A stretch of DNA of 40,116 bases from an uncultured Candidatus Saccharibacteria bacterium (GCA_964539855.1 CAZIJR010000001.1:1-40116), one strand, 5' to 3'. Positions 25,572 through 34,146 are shown, counted from the first letter of the stretch. The notes: generated by a model not told the origin, from the sequence alone. Numbers and translations are program-made.

Positions 25572-25596
25572 AAAAACGGCTATACCAGCCGTTTTT
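25572..25596. terminator. bidirectional intrinsic terminator
   Basis: aaaaaCGGCT-atacc-AGCCGttttt between the convergent genes ending at 25562 (+) and 25600 (-). Confidence 0.75.
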
Positions 25597-25599
25597 GTT

Positions 25600-26073
25600 T
25601 TAGTTGGGCTTTATGATAATATGCCTGTCCAAGCCATTTCCAAGGCTCTCTGTAGAGACATCTGGCCGCTTGGAAAGCTCTGCGTGTATAATTCTTCTTT
25701 CATAAGACGGCATAGGTAAAAGATTTTTTTCCTCTTTTTTTAGTGCCACCTCATCAGCAAGTTCTTTGGCTAAATTTTTTAGATAATTTTCTTTTTTGTT
25801 TTTATAATCATTAATATCCAAGTTTAAATAAAAAATGCTTTCCATTTTATTATTTAACATCATTCTTAACAAACGCTGAATCTCAAAAAGAGTTTGGCCT
25901 CCTTGCCCAATCAAAATTTGGGGCTCCTCTATCTGAATATTCAAGTCCACAACATCTTTTTCTGCAGAATCAGTAAAAACATTAACATCCATTTTTACAA
26001 CGGGCACGGTCATTTTTGAAAAAAATTCTTCTACTGCCTCTTTTATTTTTCTTTTTTGATTTTGGTTAATCAT
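25600..26073 (-). CDS. Jag/KhpB-like RNA-binding protein (KH and R3H domains)
   Basis: ILIGQGGQTLFEIQRLLR (KH-like) and a C-terminal R3H region, YERRIIHAELS...ESLGNGLDRHIIIKP. Conserved position downstream of yidC. Confidence 0.85.
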   Translation of the reverse strand: MINQNQKRKIKEAVEEFFSKMTVPVVKMDVNVFTDSAEKDVVDLNIQIEEPQILIGQGGQTLFEIQRLLRMMLNNKMESIFYLNLDINDYKNKKENYLKNLAKELADEVALKKEEKNLLPMPSYERRIIHAELSKRPDVSTESLGNGLDRHIIIKPN

Positions 26074-26785
26074 GCTTTAATATAAAATATTGCTGGATTA
26101 TAGAAAAAATTCCACTGGCCGTCCAGTATAGCCCTAGCGCAGAGGGCAAACCTAAAAGTATTATTACTGTAAACCCTGGCAAAAAATAAACCATTTGTTT
26201 TTGCATAACTTGAGAAAAATCTGATGTTTTCCCATCTTTTTTTTTCTCTAAAGATGCTTTGGGAATCAACATTTTGGTTTGGAAATATTGCACCACCCCA
26301 GCCAAAACCGCCATGACAATATTTGCCTTAGACAAGTCTATTATGCCCAAAAACATCGGGTTTAAGTGGCCAGGGTTTAAAACAAATTGATATAAATTAA
26401 CCAACTCACTTGGATTTAAGCCGTTCCAAAAAACCCTATAAAGAGCGATTAAAATCGGGATTTGAATTAAGGACAGTAATATTCCTGAAAACGGATTTAT
26501 TTTTTCATTTTTATAAAGCTCTAAAGTTTCCTTTGCCTGTTTTTCTCTGTCGTCTTTGTATTTTTTTTGGATTTCGCTAATTCTAGGCTGTAATTTTTGT
26601 AGACTTTTTTGAGAAGTGACTGCCTTTACAGAGACTGGATAAAGTATAAACCTTATAACCAGCGTTAATGTTATAATAGCCACCCCAAAATCATTTCCCG
26701 GAATATAATCATAAAACAACACAAGAGCATTAAAAAGCGGCTGGTATAATATAATATAAAAAAAATGTATTATTGTGTCAAACAT
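26066..26785 (-). CDS. yidC: membrane protein insertase YidC (short Gram-positive/Oxa1 type)
   Basis: GVAIITLTLVIRFILYPVS...QKLQPRISEIQKKYKDDREKQAKETLELYKNEKINPFSG...IQIPILIALY is the typical YidC core. Confidence 0.93.
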   Translation of the reverse strand: MFDTIIHFFYIILYQPLFNALVLFYDYIPGNDFGVAIITLTLVIRFILYPVSVKAVTSQKSLQKLQPRISEIQKKYKDDREKQAKETLELYKNEKINPFSGILLSLIQIPILIALYRVFWNGLNPSELVNLYQFVLNPGHLNPMFLGIIDLSKANIVMAVLAGVVQYFQTKMLIPKASLEKKKDGKTSDFSQVMQKQMVYFLPGFTVIILLGLPSALGLYWTASGIFSIIQQYFILKHD

Positions 26786-27114
26786 TTTGCTTTTATTAAA
26801 ATGCTTTTTATTTCTACCCTTAGCTGTCCAAAATCTTTGTTTTTTACCTCTGGCAAAGAAACAAAAACCAAATCCAATCCTTTTTTAGTGTTTTTAAAAT
26901 TATTTTTTATAATTTCCGATAACCTTCTCCTTATTTTATTTCTTTCCACTGCCTTTTTTGATACTTTTTGACTGACAACAAAACCAAATCTGCTATACTC
27001 CAGGCCGTTTTTTAAAACCTTTAAAATAAATGAGGAGTTTTTAAAACCTGCCCCTTTTTTGAATATTATTTCAAAGTCCTTTTTTTTCTTGATTCGATTG
27101 TTTTGGGGCAGCAT
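26770..27114 (-). CDS. rnpA: ribonuclease P protein component
   Basis: 114-aa basic protein (...RIKKKKDFEIIFKKG...SRFGFVVSQKVSKKAVERNKIRRRL...) in the conserved rpmH-rnpA-yidC order. Confidence 0.9.
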   Translation of the reverse strand: MLPQNNRIKKKKDFEIIFKKGAGFKNSSFILKVLKNGLEYSRFGFVVSQKVSKKAVERNKIRRRLSEIIKNNFKNTKKGLDLVFVSLPEVKNKDFGQLRVEIKSILIKAKCLTQ

Positions 27115-27126
27115 AGATCTTTAGGG

Positions 27127-27261
27127 TTATACCACAACCTTTTTTCTGCCTTTTCTGCGGCGATTTTTTAAAACCTGCCTTCCAGTTTTTGTTGTTTTGC
27201 GCTTCAAAAAACCGTGAGTTCTCGCTCTTTTTTTCTTTTTAGGCTTATAAGTAAAGCTCAT
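27127..27261 (-). CDS. rpmH: 50S ribosomal protein bL34 (44 aa; below the ORF-track length cut-off)
   Basis: Manual translation of the minus strand gives [44 protein letters not shown], the classic L34 sequence, 12 nt upstream of rnpA. Confidence 0.93.
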   Translation of the reverse strand: MSFTYKPKKKKRARTHGFLKRKTTKTGRQVLKNRRRKGRKKVVV

Positions 27262-27294
27262 TGTATTAAATATTTATCTTAGTATAATGTAATC

Positions 27295-27323
27295 ATTATA
27301 ACCTAAAAAAGGCCTAATTACAA
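27295..27323 (-). promoter_or_regulatory. candidate sigma70-type promoter for rpmH-rnpA-yidC-jag
   Basis: The minus strand reads TTGTAA, a 17-nt spacer, then TATAAT, about 34 nt upstream of the rpmH ATG. Confidence 0.5.
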
Positions 27324-27366
27324 GCACTTATCTATTGTGCGTCTGCATTAAAATAAACCTAACAAG

Positions 27367-27375
27367 TTATCCACA
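27367..27375 (+). promoter_or_regulatory. perfect DnaA box TTATCCACA in the rpmH-dnaA intergenic region
   Basis: Exact 9-mer consensus. It lies in the 25-nt spacer between a perfect 10-bp inverted repeat, AAATAAACCT (27351-27360) and AGGTTTATTT (27386-27395). Confidence 0.7.
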
Positions 27376-27464
27376 CTTTAATAACAGGTTTATTTTTTCC
27401 CAACCTATTTGACAATCAGGGAATAAAAAGGAAAAATACAGTATTACTTAAAAATTATTTTTAA

Positions 27465-28820
27465 ATGAACAATATTGAACTTTGGCAATCTGTTTTGGCT
27501 CAAATGCAATTTCACATCTCCAAGGCAAATTTTGCCACCTGGTTCCAAAACACTGAAATATCCTCCAGGGATGATGAAAAAATAATTATTTCTGTTCCAA
27601 ATGCTTTCTCCAAAGAGTGGCTCAGCAATAAATATAATAAAACCATACTGAAAATACTACGAGAAGTAGACGACTCTATAAAAGATTTGGCTTTTATAAT
27701 AAAACCTCAACAGATAAAAAATATTGATTTAAAGGCAATTCAAGATACGGGAAGGTCAGAAGAAATACAACTTAAGTTTGATGAATTTAAGATAAACAAG
27801 GACACTAATTTAAATCCGCGCTATACTTTTGATAATTTTGTAGTAGGATCTTTTAACGAGTTGGCGCATGCGTCCGCTTTAGCCGTTTCAGACAACCCGG
27901 GATTCACATATAACCCTCTTTTTATTTATGGAGGAACAGGACTAGGCAAAACACATCTCATACAATCCATTGGGAATAAAATATCAGAAGAATCTAAAAA
28001 AAAGAAGGTAAAATATATTTCTTCAGAAAAATTTGTTTCAGGTATTGTTTCTGCTATTAGAACCAATAGCATGGAGGCTTTTAAAGCCAGCTTGGCTCCC
28101 ATTGATGTTTTAATTTTAGATGACATACAATTTTTAGCCGGCAAAACTAAAAGCCAAGAGGAATTTTTTCATGTTTTTAATTCTTTGTATGAGAAAAATA
28201 AACAAATAATCCTTTCCTCGGATAGGCCCCCAAACGCTATTGCAGAACTTGAAGAAAGGTTAAAATCCAGGTTTGAAGGTGGTATGATAGCCGATGTGAG
28301 CTTACCAGATTACGAAACCAGGCTTGTTATTTTAAAAACTAAACTCCAGGAAAAAAACATGGAACTCCCGGAGGAAATTTTAGACTATGTTGCTACAAAT
28401 GTAAAAAAAAATATAAGAGAGTTAGAGGGTGCCCTAAATAAGCTGTTAGTGTATGGCAAGATTAATCAAACCCTTGATTTAGAAACCGTAAAAAAGTTAC
28501 TAAAAGGATTTATTTTTTCTCCTTTTGACGTGGCAAATTACAAAAAAATTATTGAAACTGTTGCTAAATTTTATAACTTAGACGAAAAAAACCTATTTGA
28601 TCCTACTAGGCGAAAAGAAATTGTACGGCCAAGACAGGTTGCTATGTTTTTAATGAGGAAAGAGTTAAAATATTCTTTTCCTGCAATAGCCAGAAAATTT
28701 GGAGGAAAAGACCATACAACAGCCATATATGCTTATAAAAAAATACTTCAAGAAAACGAAGAAAATAATAAACTAACCGAAGAAATTAATTTAATAAAAC
28801 AAAGAATTTACAGTGGTTGA
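27465..28820 (+). CDS. dnaA: chromosomal replication initiator protein DnaA
   Basis: AAA+ Walker A GGTGLGKTHL, Walker B LILDDIQF, and a C-terminal DNA-binding domain (...RPRQVAMFLMRKELKYSFPAIARKFGGKDHTTAIYA...). Confidence 0.97.
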   Translation: MNNIELWQSVLAQMQFHISKANFATWFQNTEISSRDDEKIIISVPNAFSKEWLSNKYNKTILKILREVDDSIKDLAFIIKPQQIKNIDLKAIQDTGRSEEIQLKFDEFKINKDTNLNPRYTFDNFVVGSFNELAHASALAVSDNPGFTYNPLFIYGGTGLGKTHLIQSIGNKISEESKKKKVKYISSEKFVSGIVSAIRTNSMEAFKASLAPIDVLILDDIQFLAGKTKSQEEFFHVFNSLYEKNKQIILSSDRPPNAIAELEERLKSRFEGGMIADVSLPDYETRLVILKTKLQEKNMELPEEILDYVATNVKKNIRELEGALNKLLVYGKINQTLDLETVKKLLKGFIFSPFDVANYKKIIETVAKFYNLDEKNLFDPTRRKEIVRPRQVAMFLMRKELKYSFPAIARKFGGKDHTTAIYAYKKILQENEENNKLTEEINLIKQRIYSG

Positions 28821-29088
28821 TTATGTGTGGATAAATAGTGTTAAAAGGCGTGTTTAAAACCATAATAACAATCTAATAAGTTTTATACTAAAAGAATCAC
28901 CCAAAAATTTTCACTTTGCTATTAATTATCCCCTCACAACTTATACACAGCCAAAACAGAACAAAAACAAGTATTTTCCCCTCGTAGATCAAAACATTTT
29001 TAAAAAACTTAGTTCAAAAAACAGCCTACATAATAACAATAATTTAATAATATATTAATAATTAATAGTTAATTAAAAGCTTAAAAAA
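28821..29088. other. candidate oriC segment (dnaA-dnaN intergenic): DnaA boxes plus an AT-rich unwinding region
   Basis: Perfect reverse box TGTGGATAA at 28826..28834. Near-consensus boxes TTATCCCCT (28926..28934) and TTATACACA (28941..28949). The stretch from about 29029 to 29088 is almost pure A/T. Confidence 0.6.
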
Positions 29089-30213
29089 ATGAAGGTAGAA
29101 ATTTTAAAGGAAAATTTAAAAAACGGATTGAGTATTGTTGAAAAAATCGTTGGTAAAAATTTATCTTTACCGATTTTAGACAACGTTTTAATCAGTACAG
29201 AAGATAGTTTTTTAAGTTTAAGTTCTACTGATTTAGAAACGGCCATAAAGCTTTGGATTTTAACAAAAATTGTAAAAAAGGGGAAAGTTGTGGTTCCTGC
29301 AAAATTTCTTTCCAGTCTTGTGGCACTCCTTCCTAATGAAAAGATCATCCTCGAGGAAAAAAATCAAGGGCTATACGTTGAGTGTAAAAACTTTAAGAAT
29401 CAAGTTCAGGGTTTTAGTCCTGAGGAGTTTCCAATAATTCCAGAATTTAAAAATACGGATTTTTTGGAGGTTGATAATCAAAAATTTTGCCAAGGCCTTT
29501 CTCAAATTGTAGATGTGGCCTCTCCCTCTCAATCAAGGCCAGAAATTTCTGGAATTTATTTTATGTTTTCAAAAAATGTAATTAAAATAGTTGCCACAGA
29601 CAGCTTTAGACTAGCAGAAAAAAACATTTTATTGGAAGCGCCAGTAAAAAAGGATGTTTCTTTTATCCTTCCCCAAAAACCGGCCAGGGAGATAATAAAT
29701 ATTTTAAGCGAAAAAAACGGGAAACTAAAAATATATTTTTCTCCTAATCAAACAATGTTTGAATTTCCAATGAAAGAATCTCCACACCCAGAAGCCCAGG
29801 TTGTTTCAAGGCTAATTGAAGGGGAATACCCAAATTACGAAGAAATTATTCCTAAAAAATTTAAAACACATATTATTATTAAGCGAGATGAATTTCTAAG
29901 CCAAATAAAAACAGCCTCTCTTTTTGCCGGTAAAATTAATGAGGTAAAAATAACAGTTAATATGCAGTCAAAAAACATTGAGATATTCGCCAAAGACCCG
30001 GATATAGGCGAGAGTCGGTCTAATATTTCTGCAAAAATTGAAGGGGAAGAAATGGAGGTTTCTTTTAACCATAAATTTCTTATAGATGGACTGCAAAATA
30101 TAAAAAGCTCAGAGGTTGTATTTGATATGAGCAAAGAAGAGGGGCCGTGTGTTTTAAAGCCCGTGGGGGATCCTAGTTATATTTATGTTGTAATGCCTAT
30201 AAAAGCTACCTAA
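29089..30213 (+). CDS. dnaN: DNA polymerase III beta sliding clamp
   Basis: 374 aa directly after dnaA. N-terminus MKVEILKENLKNGLSIVEKIV...LPILDNVLI and the VATDSFRLAEK motif are typical of DnaN. Confidence 0.95.
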   Translation: MKVEILKENLKNGLSIVEKIVGKNLSLPILDNVLISTEDSFLSLSSTDLETAIKLWILTKIVKKGKVVVPAKFLSSLVALLPNEKIILEEKNQGLYVECKNFKNQVQGFSPEEFPIIPEFKNTDFLEVDNQKFCQGLSQIVDVASPSQSRPEISGIYFMFSKNVIKIVATDSFRLAEKNILLEAPVKKDVSFILPQKPAREIINILSEKNGKLKIYFSPNQTMFEFPMKESPHPEAQVVSRLIEGEYPNYEEIIPKKFKTHIIIKRDEFLSQIKTASLFAGKINEVKITVNMQSKNIEIFAKDPDIGESRSNISAKIEGEEMEVSFNHKFLIDGLQNIKSSEVVFDMSKEEGPCVLKPVGDPSYIYVVMPIKAT

Positions 30214-30222
30214 TTTTTATAT

Positions 30223-30251
30223 AAAAATCCCCGTATGTCCGGGGATTTTTT
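30223..30251. terminator. bidirectional intrinsic terminator
   Basis: aaaaaTCCCCG-tatgtc-CGGGGAtttttt between dnaN (+) and the PBP gene (-). Confidence 0.75.
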
Positions 30252-30269
30252 ATTAATATTTGTTTATCT

Positions 30270-32474
30270 TTAAAGACTTTTCTGGGCATCCGAAAATTCA
30301 ACATATTTTCCAGATTGTATAAGCCAGTTGTTGATTCCAATTTGCCAAAAAGGATATTGTATATCAATAGCAGGATTTTGTGGTTGTGGCCCTAAGGGGT
30401 TATTTTTATCTACATAATATAAAATAGTGTTGATGTCGTTTATTGGTAGTTGGCCTAAAATTGCGGGGCTTCTGTTCGTAATAGTATCGGGAGGATTAAA
30501 ATTTTCAACAGAGTGGTCGCCTAATATTTTTTTCATAACTTCGTTCCACATAGGAGCAGCTATGCCAACACCCTCGTCTTCTGTAGGGGTGTTGTCGTTA
30601 TTCCCTGTCCAAACTCCCACAACTGCAAAAGGTGTGTACCCCATTGTCCATCCGTCTTTATAGCTTTGAGTAGTTCCGGTTTTGGCTGCTACTTGGTATC
30701 CGGGAATATATAGTGGAGAGTTGTAGCCAAATATAGGTGCTCGATTATTGTTGTCAGACAAAATATTATTAATTTGTCTTGCAACTTGGGTGTCCAAAAC
30801 TTTAGTTGGGTTTATATTATTTTGTTCAATAACATTCCCATTGGAGTCTTCTATTTTTAAAATACTTACGGGTGGCGTGTACATGCCTTCTGTAGCAAAA
30901 ACTCCATATGCGGAAGTCATTTCCAGTAAGTTTATATCTCCTCCGCCCAATACCAGGGAAAGCCCGTAATTATTAATATCAGTTAAGGTTGTAATTCCAA
31001 AATCTTTTGCTGTTTTTAATGAATCTGGTATGCCGGCTAAATAAAGAACCTTAACAGATGGAATGTTTAATGAGCCACCCAAGGCCTCTTTAAAGGGCAC
31101 AGGACCCCTGTTGTTGCCGTCATAGTCTTGTGGATGATAACAGTCTAGTCCATAAATATCCGTTTTTCCATCTCCGCTTGGATCACAGTTGGGGTTAAAC
31201 TCTGTTTTTACATCCCAAAGTATGGTGTCTGGCGTGAATCCTTTTTTGAGGGCTGTTGCGTAAACAAAGGGCTTAAAAGATGACCCTGGTTGTCTTTGTC
31301 CCATGGTGGCTACATCATATTTTGGATCAAATAAACAATTACCTGGACCCAAATCGTCACATCCTTCAGGGTATGGATCGGCAAAATAATCTTTTGAACC
31401 TATCAAAGATAAAATTTCTCCCGTTTTAGGATCTAAAATAACCATTGCCGAATTGTTAGAATTTTTGGCACGGTTGGCCTGGTCGTTGTCTCTTATAACT
31501 TGCTCTGCGTGTTCTTGTAAATCATAATCCAAACTAGTGTATACGCGCAAACCTTTTTCTTTTAAATAATCTTCGCCGTACTTATTGTCCAGATATTTTT
31601 TTACATAAAGAACAAAGTCGGGAGCTTTTATAGAAGTTGTGATTTCAGCAAACTCTAATTTTTCATTTTTTGCATCCTCTAATTGAACAGCTGTAATATA
31701 TCCGAGTTTTTGCATTCTTCCCAAAACAGTATTTTTTTTCTGTAAAAGCTCGGACTTGTAAGGGCCATAAGGAGAATAGTGGCTTGGCGCAGGTAGCAAG
31801 GCCGTCAAAGTTGCAGCTTCAGCTAAAGATAAGTCGGAAGCGGGTTTATTAAAATAGGTTTGACTTGCAGCCTCAACCCCATAGGCGTTTTCGCCAAAAG
31901 GAACTGCGTTTAAATACCAGTCAAAAATTTGGTCTTTTGAGTACCTTTTTTCGAGCTCTATACTTAAAACAACCTCCCTTACTTTTCTTGCAATACTTTT
32001 TTGATTGGTTAAATAAACAGTTCGTATGAGTTGTTGGGTTATAGTAGAAGCTCCCTGGCTCTTAGATTGTAGTTTCAAATCCACCAATATTGCTCTTAAA
32101 ATACCTTCAAAATCTATTCCTCCGTGCTGGTAAAAACGCTCATCTTCTGAAGCTAAAACAGCGTGTTTCAAATTATCAGATATTTTTTCAAAAGAAACTA
32201 TCTGTCTTTTTTCTTCCCCATAGATATCATATAAAAGAACCTTTCCCGTTCTATCGTAAATTTTTGTTGATTGTATAAATCTGGCCTCTGTAAATTTTTC
32301 TGGTCTTGGTAAGTCATAGGTATAATATATAAACAACATTAATAACAATAAACAGCCGGCTAAAAATAAAAAAGCCAGATATTTCCCAATGGTTAATATG
32401 CTTCCCCGTGCCCCCTTTTTTCCCCAGGTATCCTTTATATGTTTTAGCAAAGACTTAAAAGATTTTATTTTCAT
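30270..32474 (-). CDS. class A penicillin-binding protein (glycosyltransferase GT51 plus transpeptidase)
   Basis: N-terminal TM segment. GT51 motifs EDERFYQHGGID and GASTITQQL. Transpeptidase motifs SSFKP (SxxK) and KTGTT. Confidence 0.93.
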   Translation of the reverse strand: MKIKSFKSLLKHIKDTWGKKGARGSILTIGKYLAFLFLAGCLLLLMLFIYYTYDLPRPEKFTEARFIQSTKIYDRTGKVLLYDIYGEEKRQIVSFEKISDNLKHAVLASEDERFYQHGGIDFEGILRAILVDLKLQSKSQGASTITQQLIRTVYLTNQKSIARKVREVVLSIELEKRYSKDQIFDWYLNAVPFGENAYGVEAASQTYFNKPASDLSLAEAATLTALLPAPSHYSPYGPYKSELLQKKNTVLGRMQKLGYITAVQLEDAKNEKLEFAEITTSIKAPDFVLYVKKYLDNKYGEDYLKEKGLRVYTSLDYDLQEHAEQVIRDNDQANRAKNSNNSAMVILDPKTGEILSLIGSKDYFADPYPEGCDDLGPGNCLFDPKYDVATMGQRQPGSSFKPFVYATALKKGFTPDTILWDVKTEFNPNCDPSGDGKTDIYGLDCYHPQDYDGNNRGPVPFKEALGGSLNIPSVKVLYLAGIPDSLKTAKDFGITTLTDINNYGLSLVLGGGDINLLEMTSAYGVFATEGMYTPPVSILKIEDSNGNVIEQNNINPTKVLDTQVARQINNILSDNNNRAPIFGYNSPLYIPGYQVAAKTGTTQSYKDGWTMGYTPFAVVGVWTGNNDNTPTEDEGVGIAAPMWNEVMKKILGDHSVENFNPPDTITNRSPAILGQLPINDINTILYYVDKNNPLGPQPQNPAIDIQYPFWQIGINNWLIQSGKYVEFSDAQKSL

Positions 32475-32532
32475 ATTTATTCATTTTAATCTTAAATTAA
32501 CAAAAAAAGCAAGACCAGACGTTATGTCTCTT

Positions 32533-32569
32533 ACCAACTAAAAACCCCGTGTAGGGGTTTTTAGTTGGT
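32533..32569 (-). terminator. strong terminator hairpin downstream of the acidic-protein gene
   Basis: ACCAACTAAAAACCCC-gtgta-GGGGTTTTTAGTTGGT: a perfect 16-bp stem starting 13 nt past the stop at 32582. Confidence 0.75.
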
Positions 32570-32581
32570 TTGTTCTAAAGT

Positions 32582-32818
32582 TTATTCGCCGTCAGTCGCC
32601 ACATCATCATTATCATCGTCTAAGTCTTCATCGTCTGTTTCTTCTTCTTCTTCTGTTTCTGCGTCGTCGGTATCGTCGTCTACACTATCTTCAAAATCGT
32701 CATCCGCGTTTATAAGCCTGGTTAAAAATTCGTCTTGCATTTTTTTTAACTTAACCTTTTTGTAAACGCAGTTGTCCTCTGGGTTTATCAAAAAAATGTT
32801 AAGCTTATTTATATTCAA
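32582..32818 (-). CDS. tiny, extremely acidic protein; the track ORF starts at a TTG, and the likely start is the ATG at 32740 (52 aa)
   Basis: ...MQDEFLTRLINADDDFEDSVDDDTDDAETEEEEETDDEDLDDDNDDVATDGE. A near-consensus promoter lies just upstream and a 16-bp hairpin downstream. The TTG at 32818 sits only about 9 nt from the -10 element. Confidence 0.5.
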   Translation of the reverse strand: MNINKLNIFLINPEDNCVYKKVKLKKMQDEFLTRLINADDDFEDSVDDDTDDAETEEEEETDDEDLDDDNDDVATDGE

Positions 32819-32826
32819 TTGTCCTT

Positions 32827-32854
32827 ATTATATTTTTTAAAAAACTATTGTCAA
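32827..32854 (-). promoter_or_regulatory. near-consensus sigma70 promoter (TTGACA, 16-nt spacer, TATAAT)
   Basis: The minus strand reads cTTGACAatagttttttaaaaaaTATAATaagg, lying between the ruvC stop (32873) and the acidic ORF. Confidence 0.65.
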
Positions 32855-32872
32855 GCCTCACTTTTACACAGG

Positions 32873-33370
32873 CTAGTATGCCTTTATTGAAGCACAAAGT
32901 GCCACGCCCAATGCGTCATAAGCATCGTCTTTTTTTCTGTTGTTTTCTTTTAAATCAAAACCGTCTAAACAGACAACCCTTTTTATCATTTCCTGGACTT
33001 GCTTTTTTTCTGCGCGGCCATATCCTGCAATCGCCATTTTTATTTGCAAGGGAGTAAATTCCATTACCGGAAGTTTTTTTTCTGCAGCTGCCAGCAAAAT
33101 AACACCCTTTGTTTGGCTTACAGGCATAACTGTCTTTAAATTTTTAAAAAAGAAAAGCGTTTCAATAGACATTATGTTTGGCCGGTGTTTTTTTATAAGG
33201 CCTGTAATATCTTTATTTATTTTTTTTAACCTTTCTCCCGTTGTGGCAAAGCTATCTGTTATTATACATCCAAAATCAATAACCTCGGGGCTATTTTTTC
33301 TGGCGTTTTCTGTTTTAATAATCGCGTATCCTGTGATTACAGACCCAGGATCTATCCCCAAAATAATCAT
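32873..33370 (-). CDS. ruvC: crossover junction endodeoxyribonuclease RuvC
   Basis: MIILGIDPGSVITGYAII... N-terminus and ...DAYDALGVALC near the C-terminus. Conserved yebC-ruvC order. Confidence 0.93.
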   Translation of the reverse strand: MIILGIDPGSVITGYAIIKTENARKNSPEVIDFGCIITDSFATTGERLKKINKDITGLIKKHRPNIMSIETLFFFKNLKTVMPVSQTKGVILLAAAEKKLPVMEFTPLQIKMAIAGYGRAEKKQVQEMIKRVVCLDGFDLKENNRKKDDAYDALGVALCASIKAY

Positions 33371-33384
33371 ATACCAAATTATAG

Positions 33385-33416
33385 CACAAAAAATCCGCGA
33401 GAGCGGATTTTTTGTG
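33385..33416 (-). terminator. terminator hairpin between yebC and ruvC
   Basis: CACAAAAAATCCGC-gaga-GCGGATTTTTTGTG: a 14-bp stem with a GAGA loop, 8 nt after the yebC stop. Confidence 0.65.
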
Positions 33417-33423
33417 TTTAAGG

Positions 33424-34146
33424 TTAGTTTTTGAGGTTGTTGTAAACGTTGTTTACTGCGTCATTTTCGTCCAATGCTTCAAATAATTTTTCTGATTGCT
33501 CTTTTTCTCTTTCGGTTATTTCTACTTCTTCTTTGGCGATAAAGCTTAAAGATGAAGACTCTATTTTAAATTCTTTTTCCTCTAAAGTTTTTTTTACTTT
33601 TTCCAAGTCTTCTGGTTTTGTATAAACATAAATTTCCCCGTCTCCCCATTGTATATCATCTGCTCCTGCGTCTATGGCTGTCAGCTCAAACTCGTCTTTA
33701 TTAATAGTTTTATCTTCGTTATTTATTACAATATCCCCTTTTCTTTCAAACATCCATTTTACAGCCCCCTCTCCTGCCAGCTTGCCGTTGTTTTGGTTTA
33801 GGGTTACCTTTACCTCGCTTAAGGTTCTGTTTGTGTTGTCTGTAATCCCTTCAATTATCAGGGCTATTCCTCCTGGGCCAAACCCTTCAAAAATTACTTC
33901 TTCAAGGCTTTCTCCTGCCAATTCTCCTGTGCCTTTTTTAATAGCCCTATCAATATTTTCTTTGGGCATATCAAAACTTTTTGCCTGGTCTATGGCAGCT
34001 TTTAGCTTTGAGTTTTTATTTGGGTCTCCGCCGTCTTTTGCCGCAATTGTAATTAAGCGCCCCATTTTAGAAAAAATCTTCCCTTTCTTTGCGGCATTGG
34101 CCATTTTTGTGGCCATCACTGTTTTTGCATGACTATGTCCTGACAT
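33424..34146 (-). CDS. YebC/PmpR family DNA-binding transcriptional regulator
   Basis: MSGHSHAKTVMATKMANAAKKGKIFSKMGRLITIAAKDGGDPNKNSKLKAAIDQAKSFDMPKENIDRAIKKG is the canonical family N-terminus. Confidence 0.93.
   Translation of the reverse strand: MSGHSHAKTVMATKMANAAKKGKIFSKMGRLITIAAKDGGDPNKNSKLKAAIDQAKSFDMPKENIDRAIKKGTGELAGESLEEVIFEGFGPGGIALIIEGITDNTNRTLSEVKVTLNQNNGKLAGEGAVKWMFERKGDIVINNEDKTINKDEFELTAIDAGADDIQWGDGEIYVYTKPEDLEKVKKTLEEKEFKIESSSLSFIAKEEVEITEREKEQSEKLFEALDENDAVNNVYNNLKN

Noticed and set aside
32565-32765. Plus-strand serine-rich ORF opposite the acidic-protein ORF
   Set aside because: It starts inside the terminator hairpin and has no promoter. The near-consensus promoter and the hairpin geometry favour the minus strand. 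The poly-Ser sequence is simply the complement of the GAx acidic codons.
32940-34132. Long plus-strand ORFs 32940..33434 and 33674..34132
   Set aside because: They are antisense to clearly identifiable ruvC and yebC, and they have shadow-frame composition.
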